Positions 1 to 9,373 are shown, numbered from the stretch's first letter. The stretch: DNA of 64,000 nt from Candidatus Pacearchaeota archaeon (GCA_038894195.1 JAWAPZ010000001.1:14725-78724), one strand, 5' to 3'. Numbers and translations: made by a program. Notes: generated by a model not told the origin, from the sequence alone.

Positions 1-134
1 TGTTGATCCTAAACTATTGTTAGCATAATCGAGATTTCTTTCTTTTGTCAATTTCATATTCTCTTCATTAACTTTTTCTATAAAACCACTTGGATTAGAA
101 TTATATATCTTGATAATATCACAATCATCTGTCT

Positions 135-548
135 CTATAGAAAATTTTTTTCTTGAAATTTCAATTCAAGGGAAAAATTATACTTTCTTTTTTCGACTTT
201 CTTTTTTTTATCACCAATCTGACTCATTATATCTAGAACTCTTTTAGCATATCTTGTACTTACTATGTATAAGACACCGAAAACAGCATCTGGATCAAAC
301 TTATCGGATTTTGTAGAATTTACCCTTTTTGATGTCAGTACGTAATTATAAACATTGTCAAGCCCACCGTAACACCTTGGTACTATATGATCTATGACCA
401 TATCTTCTCTCGTTATAGGCTCTCCAGTATAGTAATCTCTGCCTTTGAAAGCCCTATAGATGGCTTCTCTAAGAACCGGGTCATTGATGGGTATATTCCC
501 TTCATCTGGGAAACTGAATTTTGAGAAAATTTCCTTTAACTTTTTCAT
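135..548 (-). CDS. stand-alone HNH endonuclease domain protein (137 aa)
   Basis: ORF track. The segment IDHIVPRCYGGLDNVYNYVLTSKRVNSTKSDK fits the HNH core (D-H ... N ... N). Confidence 0.65.
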   Translation of the reverse strand: MKKLKEIFSKFSFPDEGNIPINDPVLREAIYRAFKGRDYYTGEPITREDMVIDHIVPRCYGGLDNVYNYVLTSKRVNSTKSDKFDPDAVFGVLYIVSTRYAKRVLDIMSQIGDKKKKVEKRKYNFSLELKFQEKNFL

Positions 549-615
549 CTTGTATTTTAATGGAATATTCTCAAGAAATTTTATTTTTTAAAGATTTTGC
601 GATAGGCTCTGTATT

Positions 616-963
616 TTAATCATCTATTTCTTTATTCATAAGAAATTCTTTTAGTTTCTTCAAAGTTCCAGAAACGCGAATGCAATTCATGTGCTCGAGA
701 ATCAAGGCAATTTTAACATGATCGACGAACCTTGTTGTAACGCTTAGGACAATTAAATTTTTTTTCTTTAATATATTTGCACCATTTTTTTCTTCTATTT
801 TTACGAACAAGGGCCCTGCATTTGCGTAACCAAGAACCCCTATAAATTTTAGAATTGCTGTATTTATCTTAGCTTTAAGTTCTTTTTCTTTAAGAGGCTT
901 TGACGATTGTATAAGAAGGTAGTGTCTTTTTTCACGCATACTTGGTTTAAGTTTTAGTTTCAT
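616..963 (-). CDS. rnp2: RNase P protein component 2 (Pop5/Rnp2 family)
   Basis: N-terminus LKPSMREKRHYLLIQ matches the conserved archaeal Pop5 opening (LxPxLREKxRYxxF). The size (115 aa) is typical. Confidence 0.6.
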   Translation of the reverse strand: MKLKLKPSMREKRHYLLIQSSKPLKEKELKAKINTAILKFIGVLGYANAGPLFVKIEEKNGANILKKKNLIVLSVTTRFVDHVKIALILEHMNCIRVSGTLKKLKEFLMNKEIDD

Positions 964-1032
964 TCTAAATGTAGGTAATTTCTTTGTGAATGATAACTTT
1001 GATTTTTGTTGATTTATCGTTTAATTTCATTT

Positions 1033-1368
1033 TCATGTTTGATTAGTTACATTAAAGACTGCTTCACATGTGCTGTTTTGACATATGCATTTTATGATGT
1101 GACAGTTATACTGTTGAATGCAGACTGGATCTTTAGGACAATCTTTCATTAAGCTTTCGTAAATTGGTCTTGCAGCTATACTTATACAATCTTCAGAACC
1201 GCCCTGTGAACAAGGACAGCAGGAGGTCTGTATTTTCATGCAATCTGTATCTACAATGCACTCGCGGATATCTTCTGGCTCTTCTCGTAGGGGCACTTTA
1301 CAACCAGCAAGAACTAGGAACGAGATAAGTACAGTTATAATTAAAGTTTTCTGTAATTTCATAGCCAT
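1033..1368 (-). CDS. small Cys-rich secreted protein, putative lipoprotein (lipobox LAGC)
   Basis: N-terminal hydrophobic signal ending in LVLAGC-KVP. The 76-aa mature part has many Cys and ends in KCICQNSTCEAV, a module also found at the C-terminus of the 62255-64000 gene. Confidence 0.55.
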   Translation of the reverse strand: MAMKLQKTLIITVLISFLVLAGCKVPLREEPEDIRECIVDTDCMKIQTSCCPCSQGGSEDCISIAARPIYESLMKDCPKDPVCIQQYNCHIIKCICQNSTCEAVFNVTNQT

Positions 1369-1433
1369 ATGATATCTTTATTATTTAAAACCTTTACTAA
1401 ATAAATTAATTTTAAGGTAAGTTAAAGTACTGT

Positions 1434-4127
1434 TTATCTTGCTGATGCGAAACTTTCATCAATTATATCTTTCGGCCATCCTGCTTCAAGCAGTTTTTGC
1501 TCTATATCTTGACGAGAGGCCCCTGCTGCTAGAGCATCTTTAATGTAAGAAACAACTTCGGGATATGCTGGTTTTTTTCCAGAAACAATTTTTCTTTCAA
1601 CTCCAGCCGCCTGTGTTGGTTTTTTAAGAACTTTCAAGAACAAGAAGATTACTATGACTGCTGCTATTGCAACAATTATTATGTATAAGAACATTCCTTT
1701 AAAGATTAAGCCACCACGACAGGATTGTTGCTGTGATGGAACATATCCTGTTTCGCTGCAATCATTTATTTTTTCACAATATCTAGTTTGTATTCCACCC
1801 CTACAATTACTCCAAGGTTCACATCTCCAATCGTCTTCTGTGCAGGGCTGCAAAGCTGGAGTGCAATTCTGGATTTCTGCTGGCTTAGATGGATTTTGTT
1901 CTGGGCAGTCCACTGTTGTTGTTTCAACACAGGTTCTTGTCTGTGTTAAGTTTTGAGGACAAGGATCTGGCTGCCATGCGGTACACGACCAACAGCAAGT
2001 TCTGTTTCGCAGTTCTTGCCTTCCAGAGTTTGTTTCAGTACAGTTCGAGAATTGCAATCCTTGCACACATGAAGACCATAAAATACAGTTCCAATTTTCT
2101 TGTGGTTGTGATGGTTCTGCACCAACACCAAATTGAACTTTTTTTGAAAATATCAAGCAAGGAATGGAGTTTCCTTCATCATCATAACAGCCACCATTTA
2201 TCGGATCGTAACTAAACATCCATAAAAATTCATAGGTTCCATTTTCCGAAGGAGCTTTTAATTTATTAAATACCTGTCTGCTTAAATTTACTTCATAAAT
2301 ATTCATGTTGCCCCATCCCCTACATGTTGATGTATTGGTCAAGCAGGCTGTATAACCTTTATTCGCATCATAACACTCATCATATAACTCGACTATAGCT
2401 CCGTCAACAATTGCTTGGCACATGCCTTCTGTTTTGTTGTATTTTTCTTGCGCGTTTGAGTTTGAGATAAAAGAATCAAGTTTAAGGTACGTAAAATTAG
2501 TACATTTGCTCCAGCATTCATAACCTAGATCACATTTAAGTTGTTCACCATAGTAATCTCCGTAGCCTGTTCCAGCAATACAGCACGATAGATTTCTGTC
2601 CACACAATTATCCGATCTTTCAAATTCCTTTAATTTTTTTATTTTTATGTAATCAAAATAAACAACTTGTGAGTGTGTGTAATCGCCATCAAACTTTGAA
2701 TGTGAAACCAAGGTTATGTTTGTTATGTTTTCGTTTGTTGCTGACTCTCCGAACTTGCTCTTCCAATTATCAAATAGATTAATTTTTTCTATTCGCCAGG
2801 TATCTTCTGCAAGAGCAGGCATTCTTATATAATTGTTTGAGTTTGGCATAGGACAGTAGTTGCTTGAAATTTCATAATAATAATGCAACGAGTGAACATC
2901 ACTAGTAATAACAACTTCGAATGCGCAAGGTAAATCACCTACGTATTTAACATTATATTCAAGAGAAGGGTAACCAACTAGGTTACCAGCAGTCTGTTTT
3001 CCTGTAATTTCTGAAATTGCCATTCCTGAAACAGGTTCATTTCGCGGATTCGTTTCTGGTGGCGGTTCTATAGGGATAATTATAGTTGGTGGTGTTCCTG
3101 AGACTGTTCCAGTAATTGGTGGAATGACGCGGGTTCCATTCACACACTTTCCACCATAGCAAACATATCCAGAACCAAATTCTTGTGAGCAAGATATTGA
3201 AGTGGCTGTGCAAAACATTCCAGCACATGCATTCTCGATCAAAGTATCGGTATTTGAGCAGTAATCTCTATGGACTTGAGGTGAACTTGGATCCTTACAA
3301 GTTCCGTTTATCAAGTAACTCTGGGAGCCACCAGCATCTGAATCCTCACAGTAAGCAATTTGATTTTCGATAACCTGTGCAAGTTCAGAAATTTTTATTG
3401 AGCGTGGTGTTCCTACAAAACTTTGTTTTGCAGAAGCGAATGCTCTTATCCTATTTTCTACCATAGAAGAACTATCTAGTAACAGGACATTTGAATAAAC
3501 ATCATTTCCTTCTTCATCCTGGCCAACAACTTCTGAACTTATCTTAATTGCTTCTTCTGGCGATGAAATGTTTGAAAAACCTCTAAACCAGGTTCCTGTG
3601 TTCAATTCAGCATCAAAACCAGAGTTAAGAACTATTTGGGTACAATTAGCTCCTAACATTCTACAGCAAGTTCCTTCTGGATCTGGATTCACAACCTCAC
3701 ATGCTTGTGTATTATTGTGCCAATCAACCATCCTTCGTGTCGCTCCACCATAACAAACATATTTAGTAGGACATTTTGAGTCATTTGTAAGAATAAAGAA
3801 ACTCATTAGAGAATCTTTAGGCAAAATATCTTGTTGTTGTATTTGAAAAATTAGTTTACCTTTTAATCTCTCAGATGCATTAAACTGCATTTTTTCAAGC
3901 TCTATGTTAGAGGTTGCCATGCCTGTAAATTCTTTCTTAGACAATTGTTGTGGCTTGAACATAATAATAAGTGCAAGTATAACAAAAACAAGAAAAAGTA
4001 GCAAGATTATTTTTTCCTGAGTAGATTGCCCTATTCCTCCATGATGAACTTTATTGATGTTAATTTGTGATTTAAAATTATATGATGTATTTCTTGTTTT
4101 GCTAGAAACTCTCCTTCCTCTTTTCAT
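1434..4127 (-). CDS. large Cys-rich surface protein: N-terminal signal anchor, C-terminal TM helix, 66-aa cytoplasmic tail
   Basis: 897-aa intact ORF. Hydrophobic segments near both ends (LLLFLVFVILALIIMF and MFLYIIIVAIAAVIVIFLFL). Many Cys and N-x-S/T sequons. W-x-C-x2-W-S-x-C repeats lie next to the membrane. Confidence 0.7.
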   Translation of the reverse strand: MKRGRRVSSKTRNTSYNFKSQININKVHHGGIGQSTQEKIILLLFLVFVILALIIMFKPQQLSKKEFTGMATSNIELEKMQFNASERLKGKLIFQIQQQDILPKDSLMSFFILTNDSKCPTKYVCYGGATRRMVDWHNNTQACEVVNPDPEGTCCRMLGANCTQIVLNSGFDAELNTGTWFRGFSNISSPEEAIKISSEVVGQDEEGNDVYSNVLLLDSSSMVENRIRAFASAKQSFVGTPRSIKISELAQVIENQIAYCEDSDAGGSQSYLINGTCKDPSSPQVHRDYCSNTDTLIENACAGMFCTATSISCSQEFGSGYVCYGGKCVNGTRVIPPITGTVSGTPPTIIIPIEPPPETNPRNEPVSGMAISEITGKQTAGNLVGYPSLEYNVKYVGDLPCAFEVVITSDVHSLHYYYEISSNYCPMPNSNNYIRMPALAEDTWRIEKINLFDNWKSKFGESATNENITNITLVSHSKFDGDYTHSQVVYFDYIKIKKLKEFERSDNCVDRNLSCCIAGTGYGDYYGEQLKCDLGYECWSKCTNFTYLKLDSFISNSNAQEKYNKTEGMCQAIVDGAIVELYDECYDANKGYTACLTNTSTCRGWGNMNIYEVNLSRQVFNKLKAPSENGTYEFLWMFSYDPINGGCYDDEGNSIPCLIFSKKVQFGVGAEPSQPQENWNCILWSSCVQGLQFSNCTETNSGRQELRNRTCCWSCTAWQPDPCPQNLTQTRTCVETTTVDCPEQNPSKPAEIQNCTPALQPCTEDDWRCEPWSNCRGGIQTRYCEKINDCSETGYVPSQQQSCRGGLIFKGMFLYIIIVAIAAVIVIFLFLKVLKKPTQAAGVERKIVSGKKPAYPEVVSYIKDALAAGASRQDIEQKLLEAGWPKDIIDESFASAR

Positions 4128-4142
4128 AGTCTATAAAGAAAA

Positions 4143-4158
4143 TTTTTATTTAAATATG
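4143..4158 (-). promoter_or_regulatory. TATA-like box for the 897-aa gene (leaderless spacing)
   Basis: Minus-strand CATATTTAAATAAAAATT is centred about 25 nt upstream of the ATG at 4127. Confidence 0.4.
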
Positions 4159-4166
4159 TTTCGTTT

Positions 4167-4314
4167 ATAAGGGACACATCCCCTTATCAACCCTTGAGAC
4201 TTGTTGTATAAGGGACACATTCCCTTATCAACCCTTGAGACTTGTTGTATAAGGGACACATTCCCTTATCAACCCTTGAGACTTGTTGTATAAGGGACAC
4301 ATTCCCTTATCAAC
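4167..4314. repeat. 41-bp tandem direct repeat, about 3.6 copies, each containing the palindrome ATAAGGGA-N5-TCCCTTAT
   Basis: Read directly. Units lie at 4167-4207, 4208-4248 and 4249-4289, with a partial unit at 4290-4314. Copies 2-4 are identical and copy 1 has one mismatch. A degenerate relic (ATAGACGCATTTCCTTAT) lies near 4333-4352. Confidence 0.95.
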
Positions 4315-4386
4315 TCTCGATGCTTTTCGTTAGAATAGACGCATTTCCTTATTAAATTTTGTGGCTAACGCATTGCTGAAAGATAA

Positions 4387-4400
4387 CATTTAAAAAATAG
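4387..4400 (+). promoter_or_regulatory. TATA-like box for valS (leaderless spacing)
   Basis: CATTTAAAAAATAG is centred about 25 nt upstream of the ATG at 4418. Confidence 0.4.
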
Positions 4401-4417
4401 TTCTGCTTTTTAGAAAA

Positions 4418-6838
4418 ATGGATAAAAGTAAAGAAGAGAAAAAGGAAAAAAAAGAACAAGAATTGCGCTTACACGATATTGAAAAAGAAATGCAGGAATT
4501 CTGGGAAAATGAAAAAATTTATGCATTTAATTTAAAAGACAAAAATATTTTCTCGGTAGACACGCCACCACTGACTGTTTCAGGTGAGTTGCATGTCGGC
4601 CACGCTTTAAGTTATACGCACAAAGATATCATTGCCAGGTTCAAGAGAATGCAAGGTTTCAATGTGCTTTATCCCTGGGGTTTTGATGATAATGGTTTAC
4701 CAACAGAAAGATATGTTGAGAAAAAAATTGGTAAAAAGGCCCAGGAAATGTCAAGAGAAAAATTCATAGAGATTTGCTTGGAGGAAACAAAAGATGTTGA
4801 AGACGGCTGGCTTAAAGCATGGAAGAGCATTGGCCTCAGTCCTGATTGGAGCATATACTATAGAACTATTGATGAAAGATGTAGAAAGGTGTCACAATTA
4901 AGTTTTATTGAACTTTTTAAGCAAGGTAGAGAGTACAGAAGAGAATCACCTAGTTTATGGTGTTCTGAATGCAAGACAGCTGTTGCACAAGTTGAGCTTG
5001 AGGATAAAGAAAAAGAAACTTTGTTTTGCGACATTGTTTTTGAACTTGAAAAAGGCCGCGAGGAATTTGTTGTTTCGACAACAAGACCAGAGTTTCTGCC
5101 TGCTTGCGTTGCTGTTTTTTATCATCCAGAAGATAAAAGATACAAGAAATTTAAGCATCAAAGAGCTATTGTACCTTTATTTGATTTTCCAGTTCCTGTT
5201 ATAGAGGACAGACGAGTTGATCGCGAGAAGGGAACAGGAATTGTGATGTGCTGTACATTCGGTGATAGTACAGATATAGAATGGTGGAAAGCATACGGAT
5301 TGCCTTACAAAAAATTAATAACAGAAAGCGGTAAGCTGAGCAGCATAGCTAAAAAATACGCTGACAAAACAATTGAGGAGGCAAGAAAAGAAATAATTGA
5401 AGATCTGAAAAAGGAAAAGAAACTAAAAAGTGTAAGAAAAATAAAACATATTGTTAATGTGCATGAAAGATGTGGCACTGAAATCGAATTTCTTGTGACA
5501 AAACAATGGTTTATTAAGTATCTCGATCTCAAGGATAAATTCCTTGAACTTGGCAGACAAGTCCGATGGTTCCCAGAGCACATGCGAGTACGCTATGAAA
5601 ACTGGGTTAAAGGATTACAATGGGATTGGTGCATTTCAAGACAAAGATATTTCGGAATTCCTTTTCCAGTATGGTACTGCAAAAAATGTGACCAGGTTAT
5701 CCTTGCTAAAGAAAAAGATCTTCCAGTCGATCCTTTGAAAGATAAACCACCTCTAGCAAGTTGCCCGAAATGCCACCATAACAAATTTATCCCTGAAAAA
5801 GATGTGATGGATACCTGGGCCACAAGTGCTTTGACACCAGATATTGTTCAAGATATAGTGGCTGAAAAAAATAAACACCTTGCAAAGAAACTTTTACCTT
5901 TCTCTCTAAGGCCACAGGCTCACGATATAATAAGCTTCTGGGCTTTCAATACAATAGTCAAATCATGGCTTCATCACAAACAAATCCCCTGGAAAGATAT
6001 TATTATTAGTGGTTTTGGTCTTGATGAAAAAGGCAAGAAAATGTCAAAAAGTAAAGGCAACATAATCAAACCCGAAACTATAATTGAAAAATACTGTGCT
6101 GATGCTCTACGTTTTTGGGCAGCAAGTGCAAAACTTGGTGAGGATGTTTGGTTTAACGAAAAAGAGTTAATAGCCGCGCATAGATTAATTGTAAAATTAT
6201 GGAATGCATTCAAATTTCTAAAAATGCATGTGAAAGAAAAACCAAAAAAGTCTAGACTTGAGGCATTTGACGAGTTTATGATGCTTAAGACAAATGCTCT
6301 AATTGCAAGATGCACACAAAATTTTGATAACTATAATTATGCTTCCACAAAACTTGAACTTGAGAATTTTTTCTGGCATACTTTCTGCGATAATTTTCTT
6401 GAAGTTATTAAACATAGACTGTATCAAGGAAAAAAAGAAGAAAAAGAATCTGCATGTTTTGCTCTTTATGAAATTTTTTTAAAAATTCTTAAGATGTTCG
6501 CGCCAATAATTCCGCACATTACAGAATACATATGGCAGCAGTATTTCAAAGACAAAGAAAAAGTTAAGTCAATACATCTTGCAGAATGGCCAAAAGCTGA
6601 GATAAAAAAGATAGGTGAAGAGGAGCAAAACTTGATAGAAGCGGGTAATAAATTTTTAAATATTCTAGAACAAGTTCGCAAGGAAAAAGCCAAAGCTAAG
6701 AAATCAATGAAAACCGAAATTGAATTAAGAATAGAAAAAAAAGACTATGAATTTCTAGATAAAATGTTAAAAGACCTGAAAGCAGTTTGCAATGCAAAAA
6801 AAATAGGTCATGGAAGTTTTGAAGTTAAATTCTTGTGA
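4418..6838 (+). CDS. valS: valyl-tRNA synthetase (class I aaRS)
   Basis: HIGH-type motif (GELHVGHAL) and KMSKS motif. VDTPPLTVSGELHVGH, DWCISRQRYFGIPFPVW and the 806-aa length fit archaeal ValRS better than IleRS or LeuRS. Confidence 0.8.
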   Translation: MDKSKEEKKEKKEQELRLHDIEKEMQEFWENEKIYAFNLKDKNIFSVDTPPLTVSGELHVGHALSYTHKDIIARFKRMQGFNVLYPWGFDDNGLPTERYVEKKIGKKAQEMSREKFIEICLEETKDVEDGWLKAWKSIGLSPDWSIYYRTIDERCRKVSQLSFIELFKQGREYRRESPSLWCSECKTAVAQVELEDKEKETLFCDIVFELEKGREEFVVSTTRPEFLPACVAVFYHPEDKRYKKFKHQRAIVPLFDFPVPVIEDRRVDREKGTGIVMCCTFGDSTDIEWWKAYGLPYKKLITESGKLSSIAKKYADKTIEEARKEIIEDLKKEKKLKSVRKIKHIVNVHERCGTEIEFLVTKQWFIKYLDLKDKFLELGRQVRWFPEHMRVRYENWVKGLQWDWCISRQRYFGIPFPVWYCKKCDQVILAKEKDLPVDPLKDKPPLASCPKCHHNKFIPEKDVMDTWATSALTPDIVQDIVAEKNKHLAKKLLPFSLRPQAHDIISFWAFNTIVKSWLHHKQIPWKDIIISGFGLDEKGKKMSKSKGNIIKPETIIEKYCADALRFWAASAKLGEDVWFNEKELIAAHRLIVKLWNAFKFLKMHVKEKPKKSRLEAFDEFMMLKTNALIARCTQNFDNYNYASTKLELENFFWHTFCDNFLEVIKHRLYQGKKEEKESACFALYEIFLKILKMFAPIIPHITEYIWQQYFKDKEKVKSIHLAEWPKAEIKKIGEEEQNLIEAGNKFLNILEQVRKEKAKAKKSMKTEIELRIEKKDYEFLDKMLKDLKAVCNAKKIGHGSFEVKFL

Positions 6839-6870
6839 GTATTTTTAAATCTAAAAAGACCAACATCAAA

Positions 6871-7968
6871 ATGGAAGAAGAAAAAAGACAAAAGTTGAAA
6901 GATTTAATTGAAGAATTAGAAAGTTATAGAGGCAGACACACCGAACTTATTACAATCTACATTCCTAGTGGCTCAAATATAAATCAAGTTGCTTCTCAAA
7001 TTCTTGCAGAGCAAAGCACTGCACAAAACATTAAAAGCAAAGCAACAAGAACAAACGTTATTGATGCTTTAGAAAGGCTTGCAAGACATCTTAAGCTTTA
7101 CAAAACATTGCCAAAGAATGGCTTAGCACTTTTTTGTGGTAATGTAAGTAAGAAAGAAGGACAGCCAGAAATAAAATTGTGGGCTATTGAACCACCCCAA
7201 GCACTGAAAGTTAAATTTTACAGGTGCGACCAAACTTTTGTTCTAGAACCTCTGAAAGAGATGCTAGAAGCTCGCGAAGTGTATGGTTTAATTGTTTTGG
7301 ACAGGCGGGAAGCAACAATAGGGTTGCTTGAAGGCAAAAGCATCTTGAAATTAAAGCATTTAACATCTGGCGTGCCAGGGAAATTTAAGACAGGTGGTCA
7401 ATCAGCTGCGAGGTTTGACAGACTTACAGAAGAGATGGCAAAAGAATTTTATAGAAGAATTGCAGATCATGCCAAAGAAGTTTTTTTTGGAATGAAAAAA
7501 TTAAAAGGAATTCTTGTTGGTGGTCCTGGGCCTACTAAAGAGGAATGGCTTCAAGAAAGTAATCTTGTTGCTGAATTAAAAAACAAAATAATTGCTGTAA
7601 AAGATATAAGTTATACGGATGAACAAGGTCTAGAAGAATTGGTTCATGTGAGTGAAGATGTTTTAAAACAAGAAGAGGTTATGAAAGAAAAACAACTGCT
7701 TAATAAATTTTTCATGATGCTAAGCAAAAATAAAGAAAGGGTTGCTTATGGCTTTGAACCAGTTAAAAAAGCTCTAGAACTTGGCGCAGTAGAAATTCTA
7801 ATATTATACTCTGGTACAGATAAGAAAATACAACAAGAACTTAAGAAAAAAGCAGAAACGACTGGAGCAAGTATCGAGTTCGTTTCTGATGAAACAAAGG
7901 AGGGCTTACAATTTAAAAATATAGCTGGAATTGGTGCGATTTTGAGATTTGATATTGGAAAGGGTTAA
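6871..7968 (+). CDS. prf1: peptide chain release factor aRF1
   Basis: NIKS motif (TAQNIKSKATR) and GGQ motif (KTGGQSAARF). The ORF track starts at GTG 6835 (GTGA overlap with valS). ATG 6871 (MEEEKRQKLK) gives an N-terminal length typical of aRF1. Confidence 0.9.
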   Translation: MEEEKRQKLKDLIEELESYRGRHTELITIYIPSGSNINQVASQILAEQSTAQNIKSKATRTNVIDALERLARHLKLYKTLPKNGLALFCGNVSKKEGQPEIKLWAIEPPQALKVKFYRCDQTFVLEPLKEMLEAREVYGLIVLDRREATIGLLEGKSILKLKHLTSGVPGKFKTGGQSAARFDRLTEEMAKEFYRRIADHAKEVFFGMKKLKGILVGGPGPTKEEWLQESNLVAELKNKIIAVKDISYTDEQGLEELVHVSEDVLKQEEVMKEKQLLNKFFMMLSKNKERVAYGFEPVKKALELGAVEILILYSGTDKKIQQELKKKAETTGASIEFVSDETKEGLQFKNIAGIGAILRFDIGKG

Positions 7969-7992
7969 ATATTGATTTTGTTAATTATAAAA

Positions 7993-8259
7993 ATGGTAGA
8001 AGAACAAAAACAAGAAGAGAAAAGCCATGCACGAGAAATGCGAGGAAAAATTATTACACAGATTGCAACTTTGCTTACAGCTGCTTTTGGTTTTGTTGCT
8101 GCATTACAATGGAACAACTGGGTTCAAGCTGTTATGAAACCAATAACTGAAAAAGGCGGCAGCAGTAACTTCTGGTTGTTGTTAGTTGCTGTTTTAGTTA
8201 CAATAATTGCGGTCCTTGTTGCTTATTTCTTAGGAAGGGCCAGTGCAAAAGTAAAGTGA
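7993..8259 (+). CDS. small two-TM membrane protein, unknown function
   Basis: ORF with two hydrophobic helices (ITQIATLLTAAFGFVAAL and FWLLLVAVLVTIIAVLVAYFL). The ATG at 7993 is preferred over the upstream TTG. Confidence 0.5.
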   Translation: MVEEQKQEEKSHAREMRGKIITQIATLLTAAFGFVAALQWNNWVQAVMKPITEKGGSSNFWLLLVAVLVTIIAVLVAYFLGRASAKVK

Positions 8260-8359
8260 TTTAAGTGGCAAATGAAAATTAAAATAAAAGAATATTAATT
8301 TAATTCGAATAAGTTTTCTAAATCATAAATTTTATAAGTCTAAAGAGAGTAAAATATTC

Positions 8360-8950
8360 ATGACAGAACAAAACAAAGTTGAAAGTATCGGGGATGAAAA
8401 GATCATAGAAGGAATAAAAGACAAAAAAGAGGATACAGAGGAACAAGAATTAATAAAAAGATTGGAAGCAACTATGTTTCTTGCAGCACGTTTTATGTCT
8501 GTTGAGGAACTTGTTCGAGTGACCGGTATTAATCCAATTATGCTAAAAGAATTACTCGAGAAACTTGAAAAAAAATACAAGGAAGAAAATTCTTCAATAC
8601 ATATAATTAAACAAACTTTTTCTGAAGAAAATAAGGTACAAGAGTACTACAAAATGGATGTCAAGCCAGAGTTTCATAGTTTTGTGAACAAGCTTGTTTC
8701 GGGTGACGCTGAATTTACAAAAGCTGAACAGGAAACTTTGGCTATAATAGCTTACAAACAGCCGATAAAGCAAAGTGTTGTTGTAAAAATTAGGGGAAAT
8801 AAAGCTTATGATCATGTAAAGCATTTTATTATAGCCGGGTTAGTTCATGGAAAAAAACTTGGAAGAACACAAGAGCTAACTCTTACGGAAAAATTTTATG
8901 ATTATTTTAATCTTGATAAAGGTGTGAGAAATGACAGAGTTAATTCCTGA
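8360..8950 (+). CDS. scpB: segregation and condensation protein B (ScpB)
   Basis: LEATMFLAARFMSVEELVRVTG and EQETLAIIAYKQPIKQSVVVKIRG match the two ScpB winged-helix signatures. Confidence 0.75.
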   Translation: MTEQNKVESIGDEKIIEGIKDKKEDTEEQELIKRLEATMFLAARFMSVEELVRVTGINPIMLKELLEKLEKKYKEENSSIHIIKQTFSEENKVQEYYKMDVKPEFHSFVNKLVSGDAEFTKAEQETLAIIAYKQPIKQSVVVKIRGNKAYDHVKHFIIAGLVHGKKLGRTQELTLTEKFYDYFNLDKGVRNDRVNS

Positions 8951-9317
8951 TACAAACTTTTTGATTTATCTTGCGAGGTTCAAGTTGTTTGACGAGTTAG
9001 ACAGTTTAGGTTATAAAATTCTTGTTCCAAGAATTGTTGATTTCGAACTAGAAAAAGTTTCACAGGACAAGAATCAAAAAATGGAGGATAGGAATGCAGC
9101 AATACTTGCACAAACAATACTAAAGAAATGGGTTGAATTGAAAAAAGCAAGATACATTGAAATTGAAGGTGAAAATGTAGATAATGCAATCCTTGAATTT
9201 GCAAAGAAAAAGAAAGCGATAGTTGCAACAATGGATTCTGAGCTACGAGAAAAGCTGAAGAAGGAGGGAATAAAAACGTTAATCTTAAGACAGGAAAAGT
9301 ATTTTGTGATAGACTAA
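8931..9317 (+). CDS. PIN-domain nuclease, Fcf1/Utp24-like
   Basis: LIPDTNFLIY opening and C-terminal VATMDSELREKLKKEGIKTLILR resemble archaeal Fcf1-type PIN proteins. It overlaps the scpB end by 20 nt. Confidence 0.65.
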   Translation: MTELIPDTNFLIYLARFKLFDELDSLGYKILVPRIVDFELEKVSQDKNQKMEDRNAAILAQTILKKWVELKKARYIEIEGENVDNAILEFAKKKKAIVATMDSELREKLKKEGIKTLILRQEKYFVID

Positions 9318-9373
9318 CAAATTGAAAAGGTTTAAAAAGCAAAAAAAGTTTTTATATTCATAATTTTAAAAAA

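Noticed and set aside
1-57. Possible 5' end of a minus-strand gene running off the left edge (ATG at 55-57, MKLTKERNLDYANNSLGST...)
   Set aside because: Only 19 codons are visible. The frame is open but no motif or promoter can be evaluated. It is too little to call.
1654-2215. Nested or antisense ORFs listed in the six-frame track inside long genes. Examples: 1654-1956, 1889-2215, 4908-5204, 5974-6315, 8980-9342, 11097-11612, 18419-18772, 31983-32330, 33315-33755, 35478-35873, 47497-47790, 57454-57753, 58228-58668.
   Set aside because: All lie wholly within, and mostly antisense to, well-supported long CDSs. They have low-complexity or Cys/Leu/Ser/Phe-rich shadow-frame composition and lack promoter or SD context. 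They are treated as spurious shadow ORFs.
4167-4314. Possible CRISPR array, because of regularly spaced palindromic repeats
   Set aside because: The 41-bp units abut each other directly with no unique spacers. There are fewer than four copies, and no cas genes or leader are present. It is a simple tandem repeat, not a CRISPR array.
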